In this document: piece after piece, positions 53,267 to 62,974 of the stretch
Position numbering within the stretch: position 1 is the stretch's first letter
How the letters are laid out: every line of letters starts with the position of its first letter
NCBI GenBank assembly: GCA_013297755.1
Contig: JAAFIH010000027.1
Span: 3,666-67,665 of the forward strand
DNA from: Cytophagales bacterium
Lineage (GTDB): Bacteria > Bacteroidota > Bacteroidia > Cytophagales > UBA9547
Direction of reading: 5' to 3'
DNA: 64,000 nt
Position numbers and translations under genes: made by a program
The notes under the pieces: generated by a model
The model's database searches: none
The model's input: the letters and a program-made list of their open reading frames with translations, nothing else
Told to the model about the DNA's origin: nothing

Positions 53267-54493
53267 ATGCTTAAAAATTATAAATTAAATATTATTATCA
53301 ATACAATTTTGATAATAATTACAACCAGTTGCAACCCTTTTGGTACAAAAACCGATCTTAGTTTTATTCCTCAGCCTAGCAATCAATTTAGGCCAATATC
53401 TTATGTGCCTATTTTGCCTGCTGTGCAAGGCCAGTTTGTAGAACTTTCAGATATTACGATGGGTTACGATGAGCTGATTTATGTTGTAGACAAAGGCACA
53501 CAAGAAGTCATCGTTTATAATACTGCAATGGTAAAATTGGCTTCCAAATTCGTAAAAGGTGCCACAAAAGTGGTTCAAGACCGAAAGCTAAATCTATTGG
53601 TTCTTGGTACCTCCGACACCACCATTGGCAACGTAAATTATACCAACCTTGCCACTGTGTATCGTTTTAAGCTAGATAACACTACTTATGGATTATCAAA
53701 TGCTGTTTTAAAAAAGAAAATTGTACACCCTTTTTATTTTCCTGCCAATTCAGTCATTACAAATACAGTCAAGTTTACTGATATTTGCATAGTTGGCGAC
53801 AATATCTTGGGCGATAACTTTTATTACTTGGCTCGTACAGGAGCCAACAACAATCCACTCAATCCTGGTGGGCCAGACGATGCCATACTTTTATTCAACG
53901 AAAACGACAATTTTCAATATTTTGTCCAAATATTAGGAAATGAAGGCGTAAAAACCGATTTTTTCAAATCTCCAACTGCTTTAGTAAGTGCAGTACAGCC
54001 CCCACAATCTGATAGAGCCATTCGTAGCATGAATTTTATGTATGCCACTGCCACTCCCTTTGAGCCAGAAAGTAGACGCAAAGTCTTACCAATATTGTAC
54101 GAAGCCTCCCCTGAGGGCATTACATACACACAATCCATCAACCTTGTAATAGACGATACAACCAAGGCAAATGGTTTTTTGCTTACACTCGACAAATTTA
54201 AGGCCATTTCTGATATGGCAGCCTCTGGTGATGGCACCAATTTACTTTTTGTGGCCGATAATATCAAAGATTCTATCTTTGTATTTGGCCTCAATACTGG
54301 TCTCGAGGGCATTACCCCACCTGCTGGCTCTAGGGGACGAAAAAACATCAAAGTATCGTTTGGCGGCACTGGCAAAGAATTTACTCAATTCGATAATCCT
54401 GTAGCTTTGGTTTATGCCAAAGAAATATTATATGTAGCCGATGCCGGAAACAACCGTATTGTGCGTTTTAAACTTACTTCTGATTTTAGATAA
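53267..54493 (+). CDS. NHL-repeat lipoprotein
   Basis: The lipobox is IIITTSCNPF. The C-terminal NHL-like repeat is FDNPVALVYAKEILYVADAGNNRIVRFKL, with an earlier YDELIYVVDKGTQEVIVYN. Confidence 0.6.
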   Translation: MLKNYKLNIIINTILIIITTSCNPFGTKTDLSFIPQPSNQFRPISYVPILPAVQGQFVELSDITMGYDELIYVVDKGTQEVIVYNTAMVKLASKFVKGATKVVQDRKLNLLVLGTSDTTIGNVNYTNLATVYRFKLDNTTYGLSNAVLKKKIVHPFYFPANSVITNTVKFTDICIVGDNILGDNFYYLARTGANNNPLNPGGPDDAILLFNENDNFQYFVQILGNEGVKTDFFKSPTALVSAVQPPQSDRAIRSMNFMYATATPFEPESRRKVLPILYEASPEGITYTQSINLVIDDTTKANGFLLTLDKFKAISDMAASGDGTNLLFVADNIKDSIFVFGLNTGLEGITPPAGSRGRKNIKVSFGGTGKEFTQFDNPVALVYAKEILYVADAGNNRIVRFKLTSDFR

Positions 54494-54651
54494 TTCAAAA
54501 TTATGTTCGTTTTTGAACCTTATTTTAATTATTTTCAATGTTTTCAATTATTTAATCATTTAATAACATGATATTTTTTTTAAAATAAATATCTTTTAGC
54601 TATTTTGCATCTTATTAACCTAACCTCGTCAAACCTTAATCTTTATTAAAA

Positions 54652-57600
54652 ATGAAAAAAATTTACATTTCTTTGCTATCAACTTTGATGTTTTTTTACT
54701 CGTTTGGGCAAACTATTATTCCTGTTTCTGATGAGCTTTTGTTGCCTCAATATATGATAAATGGTGCTTTAACTACAGGTAGAACTCCATTTGTAACTCG
54801 CTTAAAATTAACTGGCCTTAATGCTAATTATACATACAAGTATTATGTTAGTGCTTCAAATTCTGCTACTTTACTCTCTGGCGGACCTGGCAATATGTTT
54901 ATCATCAACAATAATGCTACACCTCCTTTTGGAAATATTGTAGGACATGCCTCTGGAAAAGCTTTTACTCCAGTAAGCTCACTTTTGGGTTCTGACTTAT
55001 TTGCAATTTCTAATAGTTATTATGGCGAATTTACTACAGCAAGTGATGGTAGCTATACAGGATGGTTTTCGGTTTTGCCAAGTGGTAATGCTGTTTTTAA
55101 TGGTGGCAACGATTTATATCCTTATATTTTCGTAAATAATGGCTTTGGCACTACAGTTACTTCTGCATTTAGAACAACATCAACAGTCAAAAGTTTAGTT
55201 TACAACAACATTGTGAATACAACCTCTTGCTCTGCCATTACAGCAGCATCTACTATGCCAGGCGAAACATTTGTAATGGTCTATGAAAACAATACTGGTA
55301 CAGGTCGTCCTCTTATTGGTTCTTGGACCGAAAACGATGGTATTACCACCAATTTTTCAAATTTCAATACACTTAACGCATCTGGAGTATGGTCTGGTGC
55401 TATTCCAAACAATCTTCCCAATGGATTCAACAAAGTTTCTTATATTGATATTAATGGAGCAGAAATTAATAACCAAACCACTTCTGGTGGTGTTTGGAAT
55501 GGATCTAGTACAGCAAATCTAACAAATGATTTTACCCCAGTCAGGATTAATATAAACCCATATCCTTTGTCTTCTGGCAAAAATATTTCTTTTTTTATCC
55601 TTCAAGGTGGTTTTACAGCTACTATTTCTGGGCTTAACGTAAACCTCAATGTTCCTTTTGGTACTAACATCACTAATCTTACTGTGGGTGGTTTTATATC
55701 CTCATTTGCTACTGTTAGTCCTTCTTTTATTACTCCAAAAGATTATTCTGTACCAGTTTTTTATACTGTTACTGCCGAAGATTTAAGCATGCAAACATAT
55801 ACAGTTAATGTAAATACATTACCGCCAGTACTTTCTTCAGCCAAATCTATCACTGGCTTTACCCTTCAAGGCAATTTCCCAAGTGTTATTTCTGGCAATA
55901 TCATCAGTGTTACTGTTCCTTTTGGCACAAATCTCTCAGCTTTATCAGCCACTGGTGTAAATTCACCTTTATCTACCGTAAATCCAAGTTTTGCTTCATT
56001 TTTAAATTATAGTAATCCTCAAATATTTACGGTTACAGCCCAAAATTTAACTACCAATGTGTACACAGTACAAGTTGCCGTTTTACCAGGTTCTTCTGCC
56101 AACTCTATCTCTGGTTTCACTTTGCAAGGCAACTATCCTGCCATTGTTGCTGGAAATATGATAAATATAACTGTTCCTAGTGGTACTATTATTACAAATT
56201 TATCTGCTTCTGGCACAAATTCAGCTTTATCAACCGTAAGCCCAAGTTTTGCCACTTTCTTAGATTATTCTAGTCCTAAAACATTTACGGTTACAGCCCA
56301 AAATTTATCTACCAATGTGTACACTGTCAATGTATCAGTTCTAGTAAGTTTATCCTCAGCCAAATCAATTACAGGCTTCACTTTGCAAGGCAATTATAAT
56401 GGAGTTATTTCTGGTAATATCATCAATGTTACAGTTCCTTTTGGTACAAACCTTACCTCTTTGTCCGCCACTGGTGTAAATTCTTTAGCTTCTACCGTCA
56501 ATCCAAGCTTTGCTACTTTTTTAGATTATACATCTATGCAAAATTTTACTGTTACAGCTCAAGATTTAAGCACACATATATATAGTGTAAATGTAACCAC
56601 TGCCCCTGCATCAAGTGCAAACGATATTACATCATTCATTTTGCAAGGCAACTATCTAGGTATCATTTCTGGTAATATCATCAATGTTACAGTTCCATTT
56701 GGTACAAACCTTGCATCTTTATCAGCCACTGGCACAAACTCTTTGGTTTCAACCGTAAGTCCAAGTTTTGCTACTTTGCTAAATTATAACACTGCACAAA
56801 CATTTACAGTTACTGCCCAAAATTTAGCTACCAATGTGTATACAGTGCAAGTGGCGGTAGCACCTCAAGTAGTGGTGGTAAGCAATATTACGCCAATAGC
56901 AACACTTAGAAATTCACTTAATTTAGATGGTATTCCAACCATCACTGGTTTGGTTTCTATTGCAGGTCAAGTCTATGGTTTCAATTCTGGAGGTGGTACT
57001 CGTCAATTTCAGTTAATTGATGCCACTGGTGCCATTACATTAAGAGGCAATACATTGCCTGCAACCCTTGCCGAAGGCGATTTGATTACAGTAACTGGTG
57101 GATTTAATGGAACTGGCATAAATTACGGCTCTTTCAATGGTTTATTACAAATGAATAATATTGTTTCTGTGATTACCTCTACAAGTACAAATCCAAGAAA
57201 ATCACCACAATTGGTTTCTGTTTTAGACGAATCCACAGAGTCTAATTTTATAAAAGTTATTGCCGATGTTGATCCTTTAAGTTGGACTGGTGCTGCCTCT
57301 TCTTATACTTGTATTATTACAGTTGGTGGAATACCATATCAAATGCGAATCAACAATTGGTCTGAATTTACCAATAAATCTTTTGCCACTGTTTTTGGTT
57401 CATCAAATGGCAAGAATGTAACTTTTTCTGGTTTAGGATGGCAGTTTCAAGGTCCTAGAGAAACAACCGTAATTGGTACAAATAATCTTATAATCCCAAG
57501 TGGTACAGTAAGCGGATTTTTTGGGGGCTATCAATTTGTCCCTTATAGACTTTCAGATTTACAATTACCTTTATCTCCTGCCAATTCTATCACTGGCTTT

Positions 57601-60600
57601 ACTTTGCAAGGAAACTTTCCTACCATTATTTCTGGTAATATCATCAATATAACAGTTCCTTTTGGCACAAATCTTTTAAATCTATCAGCAACAGGTGTTA
57701 ATTCTCCTTTTTCTACCGTAAATCCTAGTTTTGCTTCTATGCTTAATTATAGCAATTCTCAATCATTTACAGTTACGGCCCAAAATTTGTCTACCAATAT
57801 ATATAGTGTATCAATTACAACTATTCCTCCCTCTTCGGCCAATAAAATTACTGGTTTCACTATTGCAGGTGTTTCAGCCATGATTAATGGCAATATTATT
57901 AATGTAACTTTACCCAATGGTACAATGGTCAATAGCATATCAGCCAAGGGCATTAATGATGCTCTATCTACCGTTAGTCCAAGTTTTGCTACACTACTCG
58001 ATTATAACTTTCCACAAACTTTCACTGTTACAGCCCAAAATATGGCTACCAATGTGTATACAGTTCAAGTTGCTGTATCCTCATCTTTATCTGCAGCAAA
58101 TTCTATTACTGGCTTCACTTTGCAAGGCAATTATAATGGAGTTATTTCTGGTAATATAATTAATGTTACAGTTCCATTTGGTACAAACCTTGCATCTTTA
58201 TCAGCTACTGGCACAAACTCTTTGGTTTCAACCGTTAGTCCAAGTTTTGCCACTTTGCTTAATTATACCACTACACAAACATTTACTGTTACTGCCCAAA
58301 ATATGGCTACCAATGTGTATACAATTCAAGTGGCCGTTTTGTCTGCATCATCAGCCAATTCCATTTCTGGTTTTACATTAGCAGGTTCGCAAGCTATCAT
58401 TTCTGGAAACATTATCAATGTTACAGTTCCATTTGGTACAAACCTTACAGCTTTATCAGCCACTGGCACAAACTCTTTGGTTTCAACCGTAAGTCCAAGT
58501 TTTGCTACTTTGCTAAATTATAACACTGCACAAACATTTACAGTTACTGCCCAAAATATGGCTACCAATGTTTTTACAGTTCAAGTGGCAATAGCACCAG
58601 GTTCGGCTTCCAATTCCATTACAGGTTTTACATTAGCAGGTTCGCAAGCTATCATTTCTGGAAACATAATCAATGTTACAGTTCCTTTTGGTACAAACCT
58701 TACCTCTTTGTCAGCCACTGGTGTCAATTCTTTAGCTTCTACCGTCAATCCAAGTTTTGCTACTTTGATAAATTATAACACTGCACAAACATTTACAGTT
58801 ACTGCCCAAAATATGGCTACCAATGTTTTTACAGTTCAAGTGGCAATAGCACCAAGCATAACTGGAGGTTCATTGAATCAAACAGTTGCTTTTAGTGAAA
58901 ATTTTGGAACCGTAACTGGTACAGGTTCTATAGCTTCTTTCAATGGATGGCAAAATCAAAGTGTTATATTTAGTTCTATATCAGGTGTTAATCCTGTTTC
59001 AGTAATAGGAGTAGGAAATATTACTACCTCAGTAGCTCCTGATAAAAGAAGTACATTTCCTTCCTCAGGATATTCTTTTGCTTCTGCCATATCAAATATT
59101 TATTTTGGGCCTGTAACTTCTGATGCTAGAACTTTTTTTATGTCAAATATTAACACAAGCACAATTTTAGGAAATGTCGGTTTTAGATTTGGATACACTA
59201 GAAATTCTGCTACAATAGATGATTTAAGAATAGCTTACAGTACTGATAATGTAAATTATACAGAAGTAACATATACTTCAACTTCTGTTACTGGTTGGCA
59301 GGTAATAACTATTCCAAACAATACTTTACCAAAATCAAGCACCTTATCTTTAATGTTTTTTAAAACTTCAACTGCAAGTATTCAACATAGAATTGATGAT
59401 GTTCAAATTTTAGATGTTCCAATAGCTAATATTTCCTCAGCCAATTCCATTACTGGTTTCCAATTGGCAGGTATTCCAGCTGTTATTTCTGGTAATATTA
59501 TCAATGTTACAGTTCCTTTTGGCACAAATCTTACATCTTTATCAGCCACAGGTTCTATTTCTCCTTTAGCTAACGTAAACCCAAGTTTTGCTACATTATT
59601 AGATTACAGCACCGCTAAAACATTTACTGTTACAGCCCAAAACTTAGCTACCAATGTATATACCGTAAATGCAGTTGTGTCTGCTACCTTGTCAGATGCC
59701 AATTCAATCACTGGCTTTACTTTACAAGGAGGGTATCAGGCTACTATCAATGGAAACATGATTAATCTTACAGTTCCATTTGGCACAAATCTTAGCTCAT
59801 TATCTGCCACAGGTACAAACTCGTTGGTATCAACCGTAAACCCAAGTTTTGCCACTTTGCTTAATTATAGTACTGCACAAACATTTACTGTTACAGCCCA
59901 AAATTTAGCCACCAATGTGTATACTGTAAACGTAACCATAGCTGCAAGTGTGTCAGGTGTGGTAGTACCTTACTTGTCGTTATCTACGCTTAGAGCTTCG
60001 CTCAACGCCAGTGGAATAACCACCATTACAGGTCAATTTACAACTTCTGGACAAATATATGGTATCAATGCCTTTACTACTGGCCAACAATTTAGTTTAA
60101 TAGATGCTACAGGAGCTATAACTTTAAGAACATCCCTTACAACTCCAGCCATGAAAGAAGGCGATATAGTTACCATTACTGGCGGCTTTGGAGGTACAGG
60201 AAATTCTTACGGAAATTTCAATGGACTTCAACAAGTAACCAACATTACCAGTATTACTATTGGCTCAAGTAACAATCCAAGAAAATCTCCAACTTTAGTT
60301 TCAGAACTTACCGAATCTTTAGAATCTGATTTTGTCTCAGTTGTTGCCAACATCAATCGTGCCTCATGGATAGATGCTCCAATTACACCAACATTAACTT
60401 TATCTGGGTTTACAGTTATAATGACTGTAAATGGTGTAGTTACGCAACTAAGAATTTCAAACATGAATACCGAAATATATGGTAAAACATTTGAAGAATT
60501 GTTTGATACCAATACAGATGCCATGAACGTAACCATTTCTGGTTTAGTCGGTCAGTTTCAACGATCTTCGGTTTCAAATGTTACTGTTGGTGGTGTTGTC

Positions 60601-60921
60601 GTATTTACAACCCCTGCAGGTCCTCCTTTCAATGCAGGCTATCAATTAATCCCATACAGAGCTGCCGACATCAAAATACCTACTGCTACATCTGTTGCCA
60701 CTATCCAAAAACAACTATCACAAATTGCTGTATATCCAAACCCCTCAAATGGAGTATTTTATCTTAATAAAATAGTTCAATCTGCCATTGTTTCTGATAT
60801 TTCTGGTCGAGTTATTGCAACTTTCAACCAAACAAATACCATAGACCTTACCCAATTTACCAAAGGGTTATACATCCTATATATCAATGATTCTCAAAGA
60901 ATCAAAATTGTAAAAGAATAA
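54652..60921 (+). CDS. Giant (2089 aa) T9SS-secreted protein: 12 copies of an ~85-aa Ig-like repeat plus two OB-fold-like modules
   Basis: The repeat unit is SANSITGFTLQGNY..ISGNIINVTVPFGTNL.SLSATG.NS..STV.PSFATLLNY...QTFTVTAQN.ATNVYTVQVA. The two OB-like blocks share the motif LIDATGAITLR, and their arms continue GDLITVTGGFNGTG...FNGLLQM and GDIVTITGGFGGTG...FNGLQQV. The CTD is VYPNPSNGVFYLNK...GLYILYINDSQRIKIVKE. Confidence 0.85.
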   Translation: MKKIYISLLSTLMFFYSFGQTIIPVSDELLLPQYMINGALTTGRTPFVTRLKLTGLNANYTYKYYVSASNSATLLSGGPGNMFIINNNATPPFGNIVGHASGKAFTPVSSLLGSDLFAISNSYYGEFTTASDGSYTGWFSVLPSGNAVFNGGNDLYPYIFVNNGFGTTVTSAFRTTSTVKSLVYNNIVNTTSCSAITAASTMPGETFVMVYENNTGTGRPLIGSWTENDGITTNFSNFNTLNASGVWSGAIPNNLPNGFNKVSYIDINGAEINNQTTSGGVWNGSSTANLTNDFTPVRININPYPLSSGKNISFFILQGGFTATISGLNVNLNVPFGTNITNLTVGGFISSFATVSPSFITPKDYSVPVFYTVTAEDLSMQTYTVNVNTLPPVLSSAKSITGFTLQGNFPSVISGNIISVTVPFGTNLSALSATGVNSPLSTVNPSFASFLNYSNPQIFTVTAQNLTTNVYTVQVAVLPGSSANSISGFTLQGNYPAIVAGNMINITVPSGTIITNLSASGTNSALSTVSPSFATFLDYSSPKTFTVTAQNLSTNVYTVNVSVLVSLSSAKSITGFTLQGNYNGVISGNIINVTVPFGTNLTSLSATGVNSLASTVNPSFATFLDYTSMQNFTVTAQDLSTHIYSVNVTTAPASSANDITSFILQGNYLGIISGNIINVTVPFGTNLASLSATGTNSLVSTVSPSFATLLNYNTAQTFTVTAQNLATNVYTVQVAVAPQVVVVSNITPIATLRNSLNLDGIPTITGLVSIAGQVYGFNSGGGTRQFQLIDATGAITLRGNTLPATLAEGDLITVTGGFNGTGINYGSFNGLLQMNNIVSVITSTSTNPRKSPQLVSVLDESTESNFIKVIADVDPLSWTGAASSYTCIITVGGIPYQMRINNWSEFTNKSFATVFGSSNGKNVTFSGLGWQFQGPRETTVIGTNNLIIPSGTVSGFFGGYQFVPYRLSDLQLPLSPANSITGFTLQGNFPTIISGNIINITVPFGTNLLNLSATGVNSPFSTVNPSFASMLNYSNSQSFTVTAQNLSTNIYSVSITTIPPSSANKITGFTIAGVSAMINGNIINVTLPNGTMVNSISAKGINDALSTVSPSFATLLDYNFPQTFTVTAQNMATNVYTVQVAVSSSLSAANSITGFTLQGNYNGVISGNIINVTVPFGTNLASLSATGTNSLVSTVSPSFATLLNYTTTQTFTVTAQNMATNVYTIQVAVLSASSANSISGFTLAGSQAIISGNIINVTVPFGTNLTALSATGTNSLVSTVSPSFATLLNYNTAQTFTVTAQNMATNVFTVQVAIAPGSASNSITGFTLAGSQAIISGNIINVTVPFGTNLTSLSATGVNSLASTVNPSFATLINYNTAQTFTVTAQNMATNVFTVQVAIAPSITGGSLNQTVAFSENFGTVTGTGSIASFNGWQNQSVIFSSISGVNPVSVIGVGNITTSVAPDKRSTFPSSGYSFASAISNIYFGPVTSDARTFFMSNINTSTILGNVGFRFGYTRNSATIDDLRIAYSTDNVNYTEVTYTSTSVTGWQVITIPNNTLPKSSTLSLMFFKTSTASIQHRIDDVQILDVPIANISSANSITGFQLAGIPAVISGNIINVTVPFGTNLTSLSATGSISPLANVNPSFATLLDYSTAKTFTVTAQNLATNVYTVNAVVSATLSDANSITGFTLQGGYQATINGNMINLTVPFGTNLSSLSATGTNSLVSTVNPSFATLLNYSTAQTFTVTAQNLATNVYTVNVTIAASVSGVVVPYLSLSTLRASLNASGITTITGQFTTSGQIYGINAFTTGQQFSLIDATGAITLRTSLTTPAMKEGDIVTITGGFGGTGNSYGNFNGLQQVTNITSITIGSSNNPRKSPTLVSELTESLESDFVSVVANINRASWIDAPITPTLTLSGFTVIMTVNGVVTQLRISNMNTEIYGKTFEELFDTNTDAMNVTISGLVGQFQRSSVSNVTVGGVVVFTTPAGPPFNAGYQLIPYRAADIKIPTATSVATIQKQLSQIAVYPNPSNGVFYLNKIVQSAIVSDISGRVIATFNQTNTIDLTQFTKGLYILYINDSQRIKIVKE

Positions 60922-60940
60922 TTTATTGTATTGTTTTTTA

Positions 60941-60972
60941 AAGCCCTTTCATTTTGGAAGGGCTTTTTTTTA
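60941..60972 (+). terminator. Intrinsic terminator of the 2089-aa gene
   Basis: aagccctt-tcattttgg-aagggctt is followed by a T-run, 20 nt after the stop. Confidence 0.7.
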
Positions 60973-61200
60973 TTTTTTTTATAGAAAAGCCTATTTAGTT
61001 ATTCGGAGAGTTTAAAAGCAATTTTGTAATATTTTTTACAAATAAAAAGTCCCTCCCCTTGGATTCTGCTCAAAACGGTGTAGGAACACGCCTTTTGGCG
61101 TGTTCTTTTGGCGTGCTCTTTTGGCTCCCTTGTTCAAATTCCGAGTGTTTGCCAAATAATTCATCCAATTTTGGCAAATCTTTTTCCGTACATTCTCTAA

Positions 61201-62100
61201 TTATATATTCCATTGTTGATTGATTTCTGTTTGTAAAAATTCAATAAAGTGATTAAAATAGTTTGGATATATTTTGTTGTTCATAATTGCAATAAAATGT
61301 TTCCTTTTTAATCCATTTTTACCAATTTTAATCGTTTTTAGAGAATTGTCTTTCAAATAAGGTTGCACTGCCCATTTTGCCATAGCCATAATTCCCATAT
61401 CTGCTTTTACCATTTCTATCGATGCCTCTGTAAGCGGAAGTGGTGTTATTTTTTTAGGTGCTATTTTCGCTGGTGCTAAAATAAATTGATGAATTGTAAC
61501 TGTTTCCAAAGGTAAGGAATGTATCAATAAGTGTTCATTGATAAAATCTTCTGCTACAACATATTTTTTGTCTACCCAAGCGTGATTAGCAGAAACAACC
61601 ATTAACATTTCGTCTTGAAAGAGCTCCAAGTATTTTATATTATTGTCTTTTATGGGGTCGCTTGTTATTGCTATATCTATGATATTTTCTTGTAATTTCT
61701 GTAATGGATAATGTGTTGCTTCCATTATTATTTGTAAATCTACATTTGGGTAAAGTAGATGAAATTGCTTTAAAACAGAAGGCAACCAATGATAACTTGA
61801 ATAACATTCGGTACTTATTTTGATTGTACCAAATTCGCCAAAAATCATTTGCTTTATTTCTTTTTCTGTGCTTGATAGTTTTTCTAAAACTTCGTTTGCA
61901 GTTTCATATATTTTTTCACCTGCCCTAGTTAGAATTAATTTTTTATTTTGACGTGAAAATATTTGAGTACCCAACTGATGCTCTGCTTCTTTAAGTTGAT
62001 GACTTAAAGCAGACTGCGTTAAATGCAATTTATCGATAGCTTTTGTAATACTACCTTCTTCTACAATCGCTTTAATAAGTTTTAAATGCCGTATCTCCAT
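61201..62100 (-). CDS. LysR-family transcriptional regulator (MetR-like)
   Basis: I prefer the start at M51 of the track ORF (MEIRHLKLIKAIVEEGSITKAIDKLHLTQSALSHQLKEAEHQLG...). This is where the wHTH begins, and the upstream 50 codons are low-complexity. TQSALSHQ and ECYSSYHWLP resemble E. coli MetR. Confidence 0.8.
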   Translation of the reverse strand: MEIRHLKLIKAIVEEGSITKAIDKLHLTQSALSHQLKEAEHQLGTQIFSRQNKKLILTRAGEKIYETANEVLEKLSSTEKEIKQMIFGEFGTIKISTECYSSYHWLPSVLKQFHLLYPNVDLQIIMEATHYPLQKLQENIIDIAITSDPIKDNNIKYLELFQDEMLMVVSANHAWVDKKYVVAEDFINEHLLIHSLPLETVTIHQFILAPAKIAPKKITPLPLTEASIEMVKADMGIMAMAKWAVQPYLKDNSLKTIKIGKNGLKRKHFIAIMNNKIYPNYFNHFIEFLQTEINQQWNI

Positions 62101-62253
62101 TTTTTTAATTGATGAAATTATTTTCAAAGAAACAAAAATTAATTCTTGTGTTTGCATGAAAATAATGAATGAATTTGATGAATTATTTTCGTTTTTTTTA
62201 TCTAAACTGCTGTTATAGTTTTGCATCATTATTAAGTATAAAATTTCCAAAAA

Positions 62254-62649
62254 ATGGATTTACAAATTAAACATTACCAAAACAAACTGGCGTTTGAAAT
62301 GGACCCTTCAGATTTGTTTGATGCCTTAAACAATGGCGAAAAAGTTATTGCTCTTGATACAAGGAAAGCATTTGGTTTTGAAGCCGAACATATTCCAACC
62401 TCTATCAATATTCCTCATCGTGAAATAAATGAAGTATCTACCAAACATTTAGACAAAGATTTTGTCTATGTTACATATTGCGATGGAATCGGTTGCAACG
62501 CCTCTACAAAAGGAGCATTGAATATGTCAAAACTTGGTTTTAAAGTCAAAGAATTAATAGGTGGAATTGAATGGTGGAAGTTTGATGGCTACGCAACAGA
62601 AGGTACAAAAGCAAGTCAAACTGGTGCAAAAATTCAATGTGCTTGTTAA
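62254..62649 (+). CDS. Rhodanese-domain protein (sulfurtransferase-like)
   Basis: 131 aa. The rhodanese layout is ALDTRKAFGFEAEHIPTSINIP...VYVTYCDGIGCNASTKGA...GGIEWW, with a Cys in the active-site loop. It is divergent from the LysR gene. Confidence 0.7.
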   Translation: MDLQIKHYQNKLAFEMDPSDLFDALNNGEKVIALDTRKAFGFEAEHIPTSINIPHREINEVSTKHLDKDFVYVTYCDGIGCNASTKGALNMSKLGFKVKELIGGIEWWKFDGYATEGTKASQTGAKIQCAC

Positions 62650-62659
62650 AATTTGTTAG

Positions 62660-62707
62660 TCGGGTAAATATAGATTTTGAAATTGTCTATGTCTACCCGA
62701 TTTCGTT
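62660..62707 (+). terminator. Hairpin downstream of the rhodanese gene (possible terminator)
   Basis: tcgggta...tacccga (62660-62666 / 62694-62700) with inner ataga/tctat pairing, followed by tttcgttt. Confidence 0.4.
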
Positions 62708-62974
62708 TGAAGTGCCTGTTATGCTTACACGCAACATTATCGTTTACCTAAGAATCAGATTATCTTTCTCCTTCGGAGAAAGACTAATATAGAGGCATTA
62801 AAAATTCCTAAGTAAGCGACATAAATATATGTATCATAAAGTTATCTTGCCTATAATAATTTTTAAAATAAAATTTTATCATTTTATAGTAAATTTTTTT
62901 CATTTTTCAAAAATTTAAAAGATTATTTGTTTTAATAATAAAAGTAAACCAAATTACAAATAAATTAACATCTA

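Noticed and set aside
54652-60921. Diversity-generating retroelement or invertase-driven variation of the repeat-rich surface genes
   Set aside because: No reverse transcriptase, template repeat or site-specific recombinase gene is present in the window. The repeat similarity is adequately explained by duplication and gene conversion.
62101-62250. 50-codon N-terminal extension of the LysR ORF
   Set aside because: The wHTH begins exactly at the internal Met (MEIRHLK...). The extension is N/S/I-rich low-complexity sequence and would consume nearly the whole divergent promoter region.
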